A stretch of DNA of 64,000 nt from an uncultured bacterium (lineage in GTDB: Bacteria; Omnitrophota; Omnitrophia; Omnitrophales; Aquincolibacteriaceae), in assembly GCA_964434115.1 (NCBI GenBank), contig CAYSSX010000005.1, positions 159,063 through 223,062 of the forward strand, in the 5' to 3' direction. Under the pieces are notes generated by a model. The model was given only the letters and a program-made list of their open reading frames with translations. It did not search any database and was not told where the DNA came from. Shown piece after piece: positions 47,266-58,834 of the stretch (position 1 is the first letter of the stretch; every line of letters starts with the position of its first letter). Made by a program: the position numbers and the translations under genes.

Positions 47266-47338
47266 ATGATTTCCGCGCTTGTATCCCGGGCCTTTTCTTC
47301 TAATAATGACGCGTCAAAACTCTAACACACCGGGCGTT

Positions 47339-48916
47339 ATGGAAAAAGAGATTACAAAAAACCACCCTTCAAAAGCCGCCGAGGAACTCGACCCTCAGGC
47401 GCTGGAAGCCTGCGTCAAGCTGATGGACAGGCTGTCATCAGAGCCGGAACTTTTTGACAAGCTTCCCAAAGAGAAGCAAATCGCCCTGCTTAAGGCCTCG
47501 GGGCGGCTGTCCCGTCCCGAGCCGGGCGAAAGCAAAAAAAGAGTCAAGGCCCGCCGCCGGAGAATGCGTCAGGAAGTGAGAAACGCTGACCAGCAGACGC
47601 GGAACAAAACCAAAATCCGCGTGGCCCGCTTCGCGCCTGTTTATCAGGCGCCGAAACCCGTGCTTTTAAAAGACGCGTCCCGCCGCAAACCCGACCGCCT
47701 GGAAAATCCGCACAACTGCTACGTCTGCAAAGCCGAGTATCAGGACATGCATTTTTTCTATGACGCCATGTGCCAGGACTGCGGTGATTTCAATTATGCC
47801 AAACGTTTTCAAACCGCGTCTCTTGAAGGCAAGACCGCGCTGATCACGGGCGGCCGCGTTAAAATCGGCTATCAATCGTCATTGCTCATGCTCCGCTCAG
47901 GCGCGCGCGTGATTGTCACGACCCGGTTTCCGGTCAATGCCGCGGAGCGTTACGCAAGGGAAGAAGATTTTGAAAAATGGAAAGACCGCGTGGAAATTTA
48001 CGGTCTCGACCTTCGCCACGCGCCGAGTGTCGAAATTCTCGCCCGCTACCTCGTGAACCATGAAAAGCATCTCGATATTCTTGTCAATAACGCGGCCCAA
48101 ACCGTCCGGCGTCCGCCCGGATTTTTCGCGCATTTACAGGCCGGGGAGTCCATCCGCTTTGAAGATGTTCCCAAAGAACTCCGTCCGCTTTTAAAAAATT
48201 ATGAGGAATGCCGGCGTGAGCTGGGCGGCGGGAGCCGCCGGGGGGCCAAGGCTTTGCTGGCCAATGAAATGCTCACGTCCTGGCCCGAACATCATCCCGC
48301 CATTGGCGTCGAGGCCCCGGCCAAACTGGCCATGATTCCCTATGCTTATGACAACGACACCCAGGCGGGACTTGAGATTTTTCCGGCCGGAAAACTGGAT
48401 GCGGACCTGCAGCAGGTGGATTTGCGGGACAAAAACAGCTGGCGGCTGACTTTGGCCGAGGTGGCGACGCCGGAAATGCTGGAAGTGCATCTTGTGAACG
48501 CCGTGGCCCCGTTTATTCTTTGTTCAAAATTAAAGCCGCTTCTCCTGAAAAGCCCCTGCCCGGACCGCCACATTGTGAACGTATCCGCCATGGAAGGAAA
48601 ATTCACGCGCTACACCAAGACCGACAAACACCCGCACACCAACATGGCCAAGGCCGCGCTGAACATGATGACCGCGACTTCCGCGCGTGATTATGCCAAG
48701 GACAGGATTTATATGAATGCGGTGGATACAGGCTGGGTCACAGATGAAGACCCGGCGGCCATTGCCGCGCGGAAATACGAAGAGCATGATTTTCAGCCGC
48801 CGCTGGATATTGTGGACGGTGCGGCCCGCGTCTGCGACCCTTTTCTCAGCGGTTTCTCGACCGGCATTCACGCCTGGGGCAATTTTTTCAAAGACTACAA
48901 ACCCACCGACTGGTAA
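47339..48916 (+). CDS. SDR-family NAD(P)-dependent oxidoreductase fused to an N-terminal basic/Cys-containing domain of about 180 aa
   Basis: Rossmann motif TALITGGRVKIG and the SDR catalytic region. N-terminal domain carries CYVC...CQDC (zinc-ribbon-like) and an Arg/Lys-rich segment. Start is uncertain (47279, 47306 or 47339). Confidence 0.7.
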   Translation: MEKEITKNHPSKAAEELDPQALEACVKLMDRLSSEPELFDKLPKEKQIALLKASGRLSRPEPGESKKRVKARRRRMRQEVRNADQQTRNKTKIRVARFAPVYQAPKPVLLKDASRRKPDRLENPHNCYVCKAEYQDMHFFYDAMCQDCGDFNYAKRFQTASLEGKTALITGGRVKIGYQSSLLMLRSGARVIVTTRFPVNAAERYAREEDFEKWKDRVEIYGLDLRHAPSVEILARYLVNHEKHLDILVNNAAQTVRRPPGFFAHLQAGESIRFEDVPKELRPLLKNYEECRRELGGGSRRGAKALLANEMLTSWPEHHPAIGVEAPAKLAMIPYAYDNDTQAGLEIFPAGKLDADLQQVDLRDKNSWRLTLAEVATPEMLEVHLVNAVAPFILCSKLKPLLLKSPCPDRHIVNVSAMEGKFTRYTKTDKHPHTNMAKAALNMMTATSARDYAKDRIYMNAVDTGWVTDEDPAAIAARKYEEHDFQPPLDIVDGAARVCDPFLSGFSTGIHAWGNFFKDYKPTDW

Positions 48917-48939
48917 AGCTTCCCGGGCTTCCCTTTAAC

Positions 48940-49410
48940 TCAGTTGTATTTCGCATTCGTATGCGCGGGCATCACAATCGAAATGGCGGGCCCGATTTTC
49001 CATTCCATTTCCAAAAGCTTGTTCGCGAGGATCATGCCGCTGACCTGATTGTCCTGAAAAGACAAATCATAAGACGCGTAAACTCCCGGGGCGATGGTCT
49101 GGGTCCGGTAAGGCTCTTCGGTAATTGCGGAAAGATCCACGGGAAAGGCCTCGCCGCTCTTGGCCTTGAGCCAAAGCTGGTCCGCGAAAGGATTGGTTTG
49201 AATCGGCCGGTTCGTGGTGTTCCTCAGCCCGAGACGGATACGGACCGTGGGCGCGAAACCCGGCTTTTGATCCACCGAGAGCGCTGCGTAATGGCCTGAA
49301 TTGAGGCCGGTCATCCGTGCCTGGGGAAAGCTGACGTTGTATGTGCCCCGGGCAAGGGCCGCGCAGCCCGCGGTCAAAACAACCGCCGAAAGAATAAAAA
49401 ACTTTCTCAT
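48940..49410 (-). CDS. Lipoprotein of unknown function
   Basis: Lipobox LTAGC after a signal peptide at the internal Met (MRKFFIL). Confidence 0.55.
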   Translation of the reverse strand: MRKFFILSAVVLTAGCAALARGTYNVSFPQARMTGLNSGHYAALSVDQKPGFAPTVRIRLGLRNTTNRPIQTNPFADQLWLKAKSGEAFPVDLSAITEEPYRTQTIAPGVYASYDLSFQDNQVSGMILANKLLEMEWKIGPAISIVMPAHTNAKYN

Positions 49411-49540
49411 TTTATTCTCCCCTTTTAACACCTCACCAGTTTACAGAACCCGCGGGTGAATGGGAATTCCTATTCCAGCCCCCCGTCCCGCTGTCGGCTT
49501 CGTTGACAAGACCCCCTGTTTAGACTATTTTGAACGTCCC

Positions 49541-52500
49541 ATGAAACTGCCTTTTCCTGAACATCCCATACACGCTCTTCTTAAAGAGCGGATTCTGATT
49601 CTCGACGGCGCCATGGGCACCATGATCCAGCGCTATGGTCTGGATGAAGCTGCCTACCGGGGCCAGACCTGCCAGCATCACAAATGTGATGTGAAGGGCA
49701 ATAACGACCTTCTGTCCATCACCCAGCCCCAGATTATTGAGGAAATCCACCGGGAATACCTGGAAGCGGGTGCGGACATTATTGAAACCAATACCTTTAA
49801 CTCCAATGCCGTCAGCATGGCGGACTATCACATGGAGGACAAGGTTTACGAACTGAACCTCGCGGCCGCGCGCATTGCCAAAAAAGCGGCCGCGGATTAC
49901 ACGGCCAAAAATCCAAAAAAGTCCCGTTTTGTGGCGGGCGCTCTCGGCCCGACCACGCGCACCACTTCCCTGTCGCCGGATGTCAAAGACCCGGGTTACA
50001 GGGCCGTCACCTTTGATCAGCTTGTGGCAGCCTACACCGAACAGGTGCGCGGCCTTGTGGACGGCGGCGTGGATCTCTTTCTGGTAGAGACCATTTTCGA
50101 TACGCTGAACGCCAAGGCCGCTCTTTATGCGATTGATGCTTATATGGAAGGCCGCGGACTCAAAATCCCCATCATGATTTCAGGCACCATCACCGACCAG
50201 AGCGGCCGCACGCTTTCCGGTCAGACCGCGGAAGCGTTCTGGCTTTCCGTGAAGCACGCCCGGCCTTTGACGATTGGCTTCAACTGCGCGCTTGGCGCGA
50301 GTGAAATGCGCCCCTATATCGCAGAGTTCTCCGAAATCTGCTCAACCTATATTTGCGCGTATCCGAATGCCGGTTTGCCGAATGCGTTCGGGGAATATGA
50401 CCAGACCCCAGAAATCATGAAGGACCTGGTTCGCGAATTCGCTGAAAGCGGATTTGTAAACATTCTCGGCGGCTGCTGCGGCACCACGCCGGACCATATC
50501 AAGGCCATCGCGGACGCCGTGAAAAATATCCGCCCGCGCGCGCTGAAGGAAATTCCGGTGCGCAGCGCCTACAGCGGGCTTGAACCGCTCGTGATCCGCG
50601 AAGACACCAACTTCATTAATATCGGGGAACGCACCAACGTCACGGGTTCCAAAAAATTCGCGAAACTCATCCTCGCGGGGCAGTTCGACGAGGCGCTTTC
50701 GATTGCCCGCCAGCAGGTTGAAGCCGGCGCCCAGGTCATTGACATCAACATGGATGAAGCCATGCTGGATTCCGAACAATCCATGACCAAGTTCCTGAAT
50801 CTGATCGCCGCGGAGCCGGACATCTCCAGAGTTCCGATCATGATCGACTCCTCCAAATGGAGCGTGATCGAAGCCGGCCTGAAATGCGTGCAGGGAAAAT
50901 CCATTGTCAATTCCATCAGCATGAAAGAAGGCGAAGCCGCGTTCAAGGAACAGGCGGTAAAAGTCCGCCGTTACGGCGCGGCAGCCGTGGTCATGGCCTT
51001 TGATGAAAAAGGCCAGGCCGATACCGCGGCCCGGAAAATCGAGATCTGCACGCGCGCCTACAAAATCCTCACCGAGGAAGTGGGCCTGCCTCCCGAAGAC
51101 ATTATTTTTGATCCGAATATTTTCGCGATTGCTACCGGCATCGAAGAGCACAACAACTACGCCGTGGATTATTTCGAAGCCACGAAGGTGATCAAGGCCA
51201 CGCTGCCTCATTGCCGCATCAGCGGCGGGGTCAGCAACGTATCGTTTTCTTTCAGGGGCAATGACCCGATCCGGGAAGCCATGCACTCCGCGTTTCTTTA
51301 TCACGCGATCCGGGCCGGTATGGACATGGGCATCGTGAACGCGGGCATGATCTCGGTTTATGATGAAATTCCCAAGGAACTGCTCACGCTGATTGAGGAC
51401 GTAATTTTGAACCGCCGTCCGGATTCCACGGAACGCCTGGTCACATTCGCGGAAAGCTACAAGGCGGGCGCGAAAAAAGTGGTGGAGGACTTGGCCTGGC
51501 GGAAAGAACCGGTTGAAAAACGGCTGGCTCACGCGCTCATCAAGGGCATCGTGGATTTCATTGATGAAGACGCGGAGGAAGCGCGCCAGAAAAGCACACG
51601 GCCTCTCGATGTCATTGAAGGCCCGCTCATGGACGGCATGAACATTGTCGGTGATCTTTTCGGCGCCGGAAAAATGTTTCTGCCGCAGGTTGTTAAAAGC
51701 GCGCGCGTCATGAAAAAGGCCGTGGCTTACCTCACGCCCTTTATCGAAAAGGAAAAAGCAAAAAATGAAAGCCGGAACGCGGGCCGGGTCCTCATGGCCA
51801 CCGTCAAAGGCGACGTGCACGACATTGGAAAAAATATCGTGGGCGTGGTGCTGGGCTGCAATAATTTTGAAATCATTGACCTGGGGGTCATGGTGCCCTG
51901 CGACCAAATCCTGAAAACCGCGATCGAGAAAAATGTCGACATGATCGGCCTGAGCGGCCTGATCACGCCCTCCCTTCATGAGATGGTGCATGTGGCCGAG
52001 GAAATGCAGCGGCAGGGCTTCAAGGTTCCCCTGCTTATCGGAGGGGCCACGACTTCGCAGAACCACACGGCCGTTAAAATTGCGCCGGCCTATAAAAACT
52101 TTGTGATTCATGTGAAAGATGCCTCGCGCTGCGTCGGGGTGTGCAGAAGTTTGATGGATCCCAAACACAAGCCGGAATTTGTCACAAAAACAAATGAAGG
52201 CTATGACCGTCTCCGGGAAGAGCACGCGAGCAAGTCGGCCTCAAGGAAGTATTTAACCATCGAGGAGGCACGCAAACGCCGCTTTGAACCCGATTGGTTC
52301 AAGGCCGGAATTAAAAAGCCGTCTTTTCTCGGCACGCGCGCGTTCCGTGATTTTGATCTCAATGAAATCCGCAAAGTGATCGACTGGTCGCCATTTTTCC
52401 TGGCCTGGGAGCTGAAAGGAAAATATCCGGACATTCTGACGCATCCGCGTTACGGCGAGGAAGCTTCCAAGCTTTTCGCGGAAGCCAATAAAATGCTGGA

Positions 52501-53236
52501 TGAAATCATCGCGAAGAAGCTTTTGTCCGCCCACGGCGTCATCGGCTTTTTCCCGGCCAACAGCGTCGGCGATGACATTGAGCTTTATACGGATGATTCC
52601 CGCACGCGTGTGCTTACCACTTTTTATTCGCTTCGCCAGCAGGTCGATCTTCCGGGCGGAAAGCCCTGCCTTTCCCAGTCGGACTTTATCGCGCCCCGTG
52701 AATCCGGTATTTCGGATTACCTCGGGGCATTTGCCGTGACCGGCGGGCTGGGGGCGGAAGCGCTGGCAAAAAAATTCGAAGCCGACCACGATGACTTTAA
52801 AAGCATTCTGGTTAAGGCGCTGGCCGACCGTTTGGCGGAAGCCTTTGCCGAACACATGCACCGTCTTGTGCGCACCACCTACTGGGGCTATTCCCCGGAT
52901 GAAAATCTATCGAATGAAGAATTGATCAAGGGCACTTACCGCGGCATTCGCCCGGCCCCGGGGTATCCGGCCTGCCCTGATCACACCGAAAAGCCCGCGC
53001 TCTTTGAGCTTTTGAAGGCCACGGAAAGCACCGGCATTTCACTCACGGAAAGTTACGCGATGACACCGGCCTCGTCGGTGTGCGGGCTTTATTTCGCAAA
53101 TCCCGAGTCGCGCTACTTTGCCGTGGATTTGGTTCAGGAAGATCAGGTGAAGGATTACGCGCGCCGCAAGGGCGTGGAGCTTTCTGTCATGGAGAAATGG
53201 CTTTCCCCGAATTTAGGCTACAACCCCGCCCGCTGA
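49541..53236 (+). CDS. metH: Cobalamin-dependent methionine synthase
   Basis: Full five-module architecture: Hcy-binding ([13 protein letters not shown]), pterin-binding, B12-binding (DxHxxG: GDVHDIGKN), and AdoMet activation domain. About 1231 aa. Confidence 0.95.
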   Translation: MKLPFPEHPIHALLKERILILDGAMGTMIQRYGLDEAAYRGQTCQHHKCDVKGNNDLLSITQPQIIEEIHREYLEAGADIIETNTFNSNAVSMADYHMEDKVYELNLAAARIAKKAAADYTAKNPKKSRFVAGALGPTTRTTSLSPDVKDPGYRAVTFDQLVAAYTEQVRGLVDGGVDLFLVETIFDTLNAKAALYAIDAYMEGRGLKIPIMISGTITDQSGRTLSGQTAEAFWLSVKHARPLTIGFNCALGASEMRPYIAEFSEICSTYICAYPNAGLPNAFGEYDQTPEIMKDLVREFAESGFVNILGGCCGTTPDHIKAIADAVKNIRPRALKEIPVRSAYSGLEPLVIREDTNFINIGERTNVTGSKKFAKLILAGQFDEALSIARQQVEAGAQVIDINMDEAMLDSEQSMTKFLNLIAAEPDISRVPIMIDSSKWSVIEAGLKCVQGKSIVNSISMKEGEAAFKEQAVKVRRYGAAAVVMAFDEKGQADTAARKIEICTRAYKILTEEVGLPPEDIIFDPNIFAIATGIEEHNNYAVDYFEATKVIKATLPHCRISGGVSNVSFSFRGNDPIREAMHSAFLYHAIRAGMDMGIVNAGMISVYDEIPKELLTLIEDVILNRRPDSTERLVTFAESYKAGAKKVVEDLAWRKEPVEKRLAHALIKGIVDFIDEDAEEARQKSTRPLDVIEGPLMDGMNIVGDLFGAGKMFLPQVVKSARVMKKAVAYLTPFIEKEKAKNESRNAGRVLMATVKGDVHDIGKNIVGVVLGCNNFEIIDLGVMVPCDQILKTAIEKNVDMIGLSGLITPSLHEMVHVAEEMQRQGFKVPLLIGGATTSQNHTAVKIAPAYKNFVIHVKDASRCVGVCRSLMDPKHKPEFVTKTNEGYDRLREEHASKSASRKYLTIEEARKRRFEPDWFKAGIKKPSFLGTRAFRDFDLNEIRKVIDWSPFFLAWELKGKYPDILTHPRYGEEASKLFAEANKMLDEIIAKKLLSAHGVIGFFPANSVGDDIELYTDDSRTRVLTTFYSLRQQVDLPGGKPCLSQSDFIAPRESGISDYLGAFAVTGGLGAEALAKKFEADHDDFKSILVKALADRLAEAFAEHMHRLVRTTYWGYSPDENLSNEELIKGTYRGIRPAPGYPACPDHTEKPALFELLKATESTGISLTESYAMTPASSVCGLYFANPESRYFAVDLVQEDQVKDYARRKGVELSVMEKWLSPNLGYNPAR

Positions 53237-53238
53237 TT

Positions 53239-54030
53239 TCAGCCCTCTCCGGGCCGGTAACCTTCAAGCTCAGCTTTGACTTTTCCCAGCACAGGAACCG
53301 CGGTTTCCATTTTAAGCGGAATGCGTCTTTCATCCAGGCTGAGCCAGCCGCGGATCCTGCCTTTTTTGACAAAAATGCCTTCAAACTCAATATTCGGAAG
53401 TGCCTCGAGTGCGTTAAAAATTCCGACCCCGTTTATTTTCATGAGCGATGCTTTCTCCAAAATTACTTCCAGTTTCCAGATTTTCCCTTCCGCGTAAACC
53501 GGAATGAACACAGAAGTTTCCGGCTTCACCTCAAGAGTCCGGAAATAATACCCGCAGGAAAGCTGGTCCTGGACCCCTTCGCTAAGGGGCGTTTCTTTCA
53601 GAATTTCTCCGCTCTCCGAGAGCTGTTGAATTTTTCCATTCACGTAGTCAAACACCTGAATTTCAGAGATACGTTTTTTCCCTTCACGTATTTTTTTCTC
53701 ATAGCGGAGCGGTTTGAAGTTTTCGGCGTCCATCCATTCCCGGTGTTCGTCGCGGACTTTATAAACCACATCAATCACGGGGTGCGAGCGCACACGGACT
53801 TCGATTTTGTAAGCCGGCCGTCCGGCGAATTCCGTTTTCTCAACGATCTCGGCTTCCGCGGTCCCAACCCGCATCCCGAGATAGGAAAGGGCGTAGGTCA
53901 GCTTCTCGCCCGGGAATAATTTCTGGGCCGGCGTTTTCACCGCAGGAAAAGGCGGTGTGTCCGCGGCCCGCGCGAATGCCGGAAAGAAACAAAGAACCAG
54001 GAGGAGAAAAGACAGGCGGTTTTTTCGCAT
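53239..54030 (-). CDS. Secreted hypothetical protein (DUF3108-like)
   Basis: Signal peptide at the internal Met (MRKNRLSFLLLVLCFFPAFARA). Resembles DUF3108 proteins. Weak. Confidence 0.45.
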   Translation of the reverse strand: MRKNRLSFLLLVLCFFPAFARAADTPPFPAVKTPAQKLFPGEKLTYALSYLGMRVGTAEAEIVEKTEFAGRPAYKIEVRVRSHPVIDVVYKVRDEHREWMDAENFKPLRYEKKIREGKKRISEIQVFDYVNGKIQQLSESGEILKETPLSEGVQDQLSCGYYFRTLEVKPETSVFIPVYAEGKIWKLEVILEKASLMKINGVGIFNALEALPNIEFEGIFVKKGRIRGWLSLDERRIPLKMETAVPVLGKVKAELEGYRPGEG

Positions 54031-54084
54031 GCGGGATTGTACTTCGAACCCTGGGGGACAGGTCAAGATTTGTCCGGGAGACGG

Positions 54085-54963
54085 TTACTGCTGATGATGA
54101 AAAAGCGGGGAAGCGCTGCGGTCCGGGATCACAGAAACATTAAATCTAAGCTGAGACACGATGTTATCGCCGCGGAACTTGCCCTGCACCGGCGCGGTCT
54201 GCGCGGCAGACGGCGCGGACATGATGGCCGTGTGGCGGTCAAAAACCGCAATCCCATTCATCGGGTCGTACCCGCGCCAGCCCCCGCCTTCAAGGTAAAC
54301 CTCCACCCAGCTATGAAGCTCTTTGCGGAAAAGCGGTGATTCTTCGCCGTCATAATACCCGCTCACAAATCGAGACGCGATGCCCTGCGCCGCGCAGCAG
54401 GCCATAAAAAGAACCGACAGGTCGCGGCACGACCCTGTTCTCATGGACAGGGTTTTGGCCGCGGGCCAGGCCTCGCCTTCATCCCGCCGTACTTTGCGGA
54501 AGGTCCGGCTCAGCGTCTGCGTAAGTTTCATTAGAAAAGAAACCGTGTCTCCCCCGGCATCCTTCGCAAACCCGGAAGCAAAAGCAAGAATATCCGGAGG
54601 AAAACGTCTTTTCCGGTGATAGGGCTGAAGCGGGCCCGAAACCGCGGGGTCATAGCGGACCGGCAGGCTCATACTTCCAGGGTCCACGATAAAATCAAAC
54701 GGATTTGCGCGGAGCGTTTCCACCTGGGACACCGCCGACACGGAAAGAAACCGGGAAAGCCCCTGGAACCAAAGCCGGGTTTCCGGATTTCCGCAGGCGT
54801 CCGTATTGTGCGCGATAAAATTCGGTTTGGGGTCCACGGACAATTCAAAATCCAAAAGCCTTTGGGAATTATCGGTGCGGGGTTTTAAATAAACGCGATG
54901 CGGTTCCAAAAAGACCGGGGCCGAAAATTCATAGGTCAGGGAGTGTTCGATTTTGTAAATCAT
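54085..54963 (-). CDS. Transglutaminase-like cysteine protease domain protein (Anbu-operon member)
   Basis: Cys (TGSCRDLSVLFMACC), His (ELHSWVEVY) and Asp (GYDPMNG) catalytic-triad motifs. Start overlaps the Anbu stop. Confidence 0.75.
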   Translation of the reverse strand: MIYKIEHSLTYEFSAPVFLEPHRVYLKPRTDNSQRLLDFELSVDPKPNFIAHNTDACGNPETRLWFQGLSRFLSVSAVSQVETLRANPFDFIVDPGSMSLPVRYDPAVSGPLQPYHRKRRFPPDILAFASGFAKDAGGDTVSFLMKLTQTLSRTFRKVRRDEGEAWPAAKTLSMRTGSCRDLSVLFMACCAAQGIASRFVSGYYDGEESPLFRKELHSWVEVYLEGGGWRGYDPMNGIAVFDRHTAIMSAPSAAQTAPVQGKFRGDNIVSQLRFNVSVIPDRSASPLFHHQQ

Positions 54964-55709
54964 GCGGTTGAGAAAGTCCGGGACGGCGCGGGGAGTCTTG
55001 CCAGGATTTTTTCTGTCCATTCATTCTGGAGTTTGGGAACAGCCTGTCTGAGAAGCTCCTGCCAAAGGCGCGACACCTCGGCAAGGTCGTGTTTCTCGTA
55101 GCGCTGAACAATAATTTCATACGTGTCCCGCCGGTAAGCCACGACGTCGATGGGATAGTCGACATCGACCGCGCAGGTAATCGTCGCGTTAAAAGCCAGA
55201 AATCCTACTTTCAAGGCGAAGGCGAGATCCGATTCAAACTGCAGTGTGCGGTCCAGAATCGGTTTTCCGTACCCCGATTCCCCGATGATGTAATACGGCG
55301 TGGCGTCGCTGACCTCCACCCAGTTGCCCTGCGGATAAATCATGTAGAGTTTGTGTTCCTTGTCTTCCTCCAGCTGGCCTCCCACAAGCGCATGCAGGTT
55401 AAAGGGAAGCCCGCTTTCCACGAGCGCTTCCTTGTCTTCTTTCGCGACCTGCCGGATCTGGTCCGCGAAGGCGTTGACGGCCTTGTAAAGTTTTGTGAAT
55501 ACCTCGGTTTCTGTTGTCACATTCTCAAAATAGGTCAGCGCCTTGTCGCGCACAGACCGGAGACCGGAGGTCATAAGAAACATGGAATGATTGCCGTGCT
55601 GATGGATGCTGACCTTGCGGGCCGTGATCCTTTCTGTTCCGGAGGTCACGCGCGTGTCCGCGATTCCGATAAGTCCATCCTGCAGTTTCATCCCAAGGCA
55701 AAAAGTCAT
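54960..55709 (-). CDS. Anbu (ancestral beta-subunit) proteasome homologue, Ntn-hydrolase
   Basis: Met-Thr N-terminus (MTFCLGMK...GIADTR). Size about 249 aa. Conserved operon with CP-ATP-grasp, Alpha-E and transglutaminase genes. Confidence 0.7.
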   Translation of the reverse strand: MTFCLGMKLQDGLIGIADTRVTSGTERITARKVSIHQHGNHSMFLMTSGLRSVRDKALTYFENVTTETEVFTKLYKAVNAFADQIRQVAKEDKEALVESGLPFNLHALVGGQLEEDKEHKLYMIYPQGNWVEVSDATPYYIIGESGYGKPILDRTLQFESDLAFALKVGFLAFNATITCAVDVDYPIDVVAYRRDTYEIIVQRYEKHDLAEVSRLWQELLRQAVPKLQNEWTEKILARLPAPSRTFSTA

Positions 55710-55719
55710 GGCTTCTCCT

Positions 55720-56688
55720 TCAAGCGGTTTGACGCTGACGCACCGGATAGGGCGCAAAAAAAGTGTTAAAAATACTGCTGTTTACATCCATGAGCTTCAT
55801 TTGAAGCTCATTTAGAAATTCATGCAGGCCGGTCTGGATGATCTCGGAAGTCTGTTCCGAGGCAAGTTCCACACGCAGCCGGGCGATGCTGCGTTCCGGC
55901 GCATTGCTAAAACGGTCGCGCGGGGTCCCTGAAATCACATGCAGGGATTCTTCAGCATTGGCCAGGCAGCTCAGAACCGCACGCGGAAACTCCGCGTTGA
56001 GCAGAAGGAAATCCACCACATGCGTGTGATACACCTGATGCCATATTTTCCGGTACATCTCAAGCGCGCTCGCGGACTTTAAAAGCGCGCACCACTGGAT
56101 GTTGTCAAAAGGGGTCCCGACATATTCGGGAGAAGGCAGCAGCATAAAATATTTCACGTCCAGGATGCGCGATGTTTTGTCCGCCCGTTCCAGCAGAGAA
56201 CCGAGACGGCCGAAATGCCAGGCTTCATTGTGGGACATGGTGCTGTCCGCGATGCCGTTGAAAAGCTGGCACTGCCTTTTGATGCGGCTGTAAAACTCAT
56301 AGTTGGAACGCATGTTGCGCCTGTCCTGCGCGGCGCGGCGCACAAACAAGTACGCCATATTGATTTCCTGCCACATCTCGGAAGTAATAATTTCGCGGAC
56401 GGTGCGGGCGCCTTCGCGCGCCCGCGAAAGACAGCTCAAAATCGAATTGGGATTCTCTAGGTCAAAAGTCAGAAACTCGATCACGTTTTTTTCCGTGGAG
56501 TCGCCGTATCGCGCCTTGAAAAGATCTTCGCCGCCGGAAGTCTGGACCAGCGGGTACCACTGCGTCAGGTGATCGTGCGGGACATCCAGACTAAGGTTGA
56601 GATTAACGTCGATGATACGCGCCGTGTTTTCAGCCCGTTCACGGTAACGCTGCATCCAGTAAATGGAATCGGCCACGCGGCTCAGCAT
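55720..56688 (-). CDS. Alpha-E domain protein (DUF403)
   Basis: Alpha-helical 322-aa protein with an N-terminal MLSRVADSIYWMQRY-type motif characteristic of Alpha-E. Confidence 0.7.
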   Translation of the reverse strand: MLSRVADSIYWMQRYRERAENTARIIDVNLNLSLDVPHDHLTQWYPLVQTSGGEDLFKARYGDSTEKNVIEFLTFDLENPNSILSCLSRAREGARTVREIITSEMWQEINMAYLFVRRAAQDRRNMRSNYEFYSRIKRQCQLFNGIADSTMSHNEAWHFGRLGSLLERADKTSRILDVKYFMLLPSPEYVGTPFDNIQWCALLKSASALEMYRKIWHQVYHTHVVDFLLLNAEFPRAVLSCLANAEESLHVISGTPRDRFSNAPERSIARLRVELASEQTSEIIQTGLHEFLNELQMKLMDVNSSIFNTFFAPYPVRQRQTA

Positions 56689-56692
56689 GATT

Positions 56693-58147
56693 TCAGGCCT
56701 TCCTCGTCACAACCCAGGTGTCTTTACTGCCGCCGCCCTGGGAGGAATTCACAACCAGCGAACCTTTTTTCAAAGCCACACGTGTTAAGCCGCCGGGCAT
56801 GACAAAAATATCGCGTCCGTAAAGGATATAAGGGCGCAGGTCCACGTGGCGGCCTTCAAACTGGCTGTCAATCAGCGTGGGAACACGGGAAAGCGAAAGC
56901 GTGGGCTGGGCAAGAAAGTTTCGCGGAGCCTGTTTTATTTTGGCGGCAAATTCCTCCCGTTCACGCTGGGTGGAGGCCGGCCCGATCAACATGCCGTAAC
57001 CGCCCGCTTCGTTTGCGGATTTCACCACGAGCTTTTCCATATTTTCGAGAACGTATTGACGCTCTTTTTCCTCACAGCAAAGGTACGTGGGAACGTTGGG
57101 CAGAACCGCGTCTTCCCCGAGGTAATAGCGGATCATGTCGGGGACAAATTTATAAACCACCTTGTCGTCGGCAATGCCTGTTCCGGGGGCGTTGGCAAGC
57201 GCCACGCGGCCCGCCTGATAAACTTCCATGAGCCCGGGCACACCCAGCATGGAGTCCTGCCGGAAAACCCGGGGATCCAGAAACGTGTCGTCAATGCGCC
57301 GGTAAATCACGTCCACGCGTTCGAAACCCCGTGTGGTGCGCATATGCACATACCCGTCTTCCACAACCAGGTCGCTTCCTTCGACAAGCTGCACGCCCAT
57401 TTGCTGGGCCAGAAAAGAATGTTCGAAATAAGCCGAGTTATAAACACCGGGTGTCAGCACCACGATTTTCCGGTCAAAATCCTGACGCGGTGAAATACAC
57501 TGCAGCATTTCAAGAAGCTTGGTCGCGTAATCATCCACAGGAAGCACGCGGCCATTTTCAAAAACTTCGGGAAAGGTGCGCTTCATCGTAAGACGGTTTT
57601 CAATCACGTAAGAAACGCCCGAGGGGCAGCGCAGATTGTCTTCAAGCACATAGACACGGCCGTCGCCGTCGCGGACAAGGTCGGTTCCCGTGATGTGGCA
57701 CCAAATCCCCTGCGGAGGGTTCAGCCCCATGCATTCCTTCAAAAAAGATTTCCCGGAAAAAACAATCTCTTTGGGAATAATCCTGTCTTTGAGAATCCGC
57801 TGCTCATGATAAATATCATCAATGAAAAGATTGAGCGCATAAATGCGCTGCTTCAGGCCGCGCTCAATCGTGCGCCATTCTTTTTCTTCAATGATGCGGG
57901 GAATAATATCGAACGGGAAAATGCGTTCGGTCCCGCCTTCCGCGGCCACGGTAAAGGTGATGCCCATATTGAGCAGAGACAGTTCAGCGGCCTGCTGGCG
58001 CTCCGCCAGTTCTTCGCGCGAGAGCTGGTTGAGTTTTTCGATGAGGATGCGCGCGCACGAGCGCGGCTCTCCTTCGGCGGTGAAAAATTCGTCATAAAAA
58101 GGTCCGGCATCGTATCCGCCGAACAATTCTTTTTCTGCGAGGTTCAT
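56693..58147 (-). CDS. Circularly permuted ATP-grasp type 2 protein
   Basis: Length and motif order of CP ATP-grasp (DUF404/407-like). Operon context with Alpha-E and transglutaminase. Confidence 0.75.
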   Translation of the reverse strand: MNLAEKELFGGYDAGPFYDEFFTAEGEPRSCARILIEKLNQLSREELAERQQAAELSLLNMGITFTVAAEGGTERIFPFDIIPRIIEEKEWRTIERGLKQRIYALNLFIDDIYHEQRILKDRIIPKEIVFSGKSFLKECMGLNPPQGIWCHITGTDLVRDGDGRVYVLEDNLRCPSGVSYVIENRLTMKRTFPEVFENGRVLPVDDYATKLLEMLQCISPRQDFDRKIVVLTPGVYNSAYFEHSFLAQQMGVQLVEGSDLVVEDGYVHMRTTRGFERVDVIYRRIDDTFLDPRVFRQDSMLGVPGLMEVYQAGRVALANAPGTGIADDKVVYKFVPDMIRYYLGEDAVLPNVPTYLCCEEKERQYVLENMEKLVVKSANEAGGYGMLIGPASTQREREEFAAKIKQAPRNFLAQPTLSLSRVPTLIDSQFEGRHVDLRPYILYGRDIFVMPGGLTRVALKKGSLVVNSSQGGGSKDTWVVTRKA

Positions 58148-58338
58148 AGTCCCTTTTGATGGCACCGGCTTTAGACACACGGCAACCTTAGCCCGGGGAA
58201 TGCAGAATCCGTGCCATGTAGGCAAAAACGCCTGAAACGGGGGGTTCGCTTAAGGAGCTTTTCCGAAAAGGCCTTGCGGGACGCGCAAAACAACCGGCCA
58301 AAGCACAATTTTGTCGGGGTTTATACAGGAAAGGTCTA

Positions 58339-58370
58339 GGGGGCCGGCCCTGTTAAAAGGCCGGCCCCGG
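58339..58370. terminator. GC-rich hairpin (GGGGCCGGCC-N9-GGCCGGCCCC) just downstream of ridA. Probable terminator or REP-like element.
   Basis: 10-bp perfect GC stem. No clear T-run on either strand. Confidence 0.35.
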
Positions 58371-58377
58371 GAGAGGT

Positions 58378-58761
58378 TTAAGCGGTCATCACAGCGTCGG
58401 CTTCGATTTCGATCAGCATCTCAGGAGCGATCAATTTGCTGACTTCGACCATGGCCGTCGCCGGACGGATGTCTTTGAAAAATTCACCGTGGGCTTTTCC
58501 GATTTTTTCCCATTCCGCGATGTTCGTGCAGTAAACACGCGTGCGCACCACGTCTTTCATGGAGGCGCCGATGCCTTTCAAGGCGGTCTCAATATTTTTG
58601 AGAGCCTGAAGGGTCTGGGCATATTCATCGCCCGTCACTTTTCCGTCAGCGCCGGAGCCCGTGGTGCCGGAAACAAACACATGCGGTCCGACCTTTACAA
58701 GACGCGAATAACCGATGATCGGTTCCCACTTGGAACCTGTTGAAACGTTTTTTCTTTCCAT
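58378..58761 (-). CDS. ridA: RidA/YjgF/TdcF-family enamine/imine deaminase
   Basis: 127 aa with conserved RidA core motifs (PARSAV-like, VEVEA). Confidence 0.85.
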   Translation of the reverse strand: MERKNVSTGSKWEPIIGYSRLVKVGPHVFVSGTTGSGADGKVTGDEYAQTLQALKNIETALKGIGASMKDVVRTRVYCTNIAEWEKIGKAHGEFFKDIRPATAMVEVSKLIAPEMLIEIEADAVMTA

Positions 58762-58814
58762 AAAGCCATCCTTTGCTTTGAATTGCCGCGGAAAGGTACC
58801 GCTTACCTTCGGGG

Positions 58815-58834
58815 ACAGGTAACATGTTACCTGT
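58815..58834. promoter_or_regulatory. 20-bp perfect palindrome ACAGGTAACATGTTACCTGT, 88 bp upstream of polB. Candidate SOS (LexA-type) or other operator.
   Basis: Perfect dyad read directly. A further GGTAAC repeat lies just downstream. E. coli polB is in the LexA regulon. Confidence 0.4.

Noticed and set aside
50342-52225. 627-aa minus-strand ORF
   Set aside because: Antisense to metH, whose frame carries unmistakable conserved motifs. High-GC shadow ORF.
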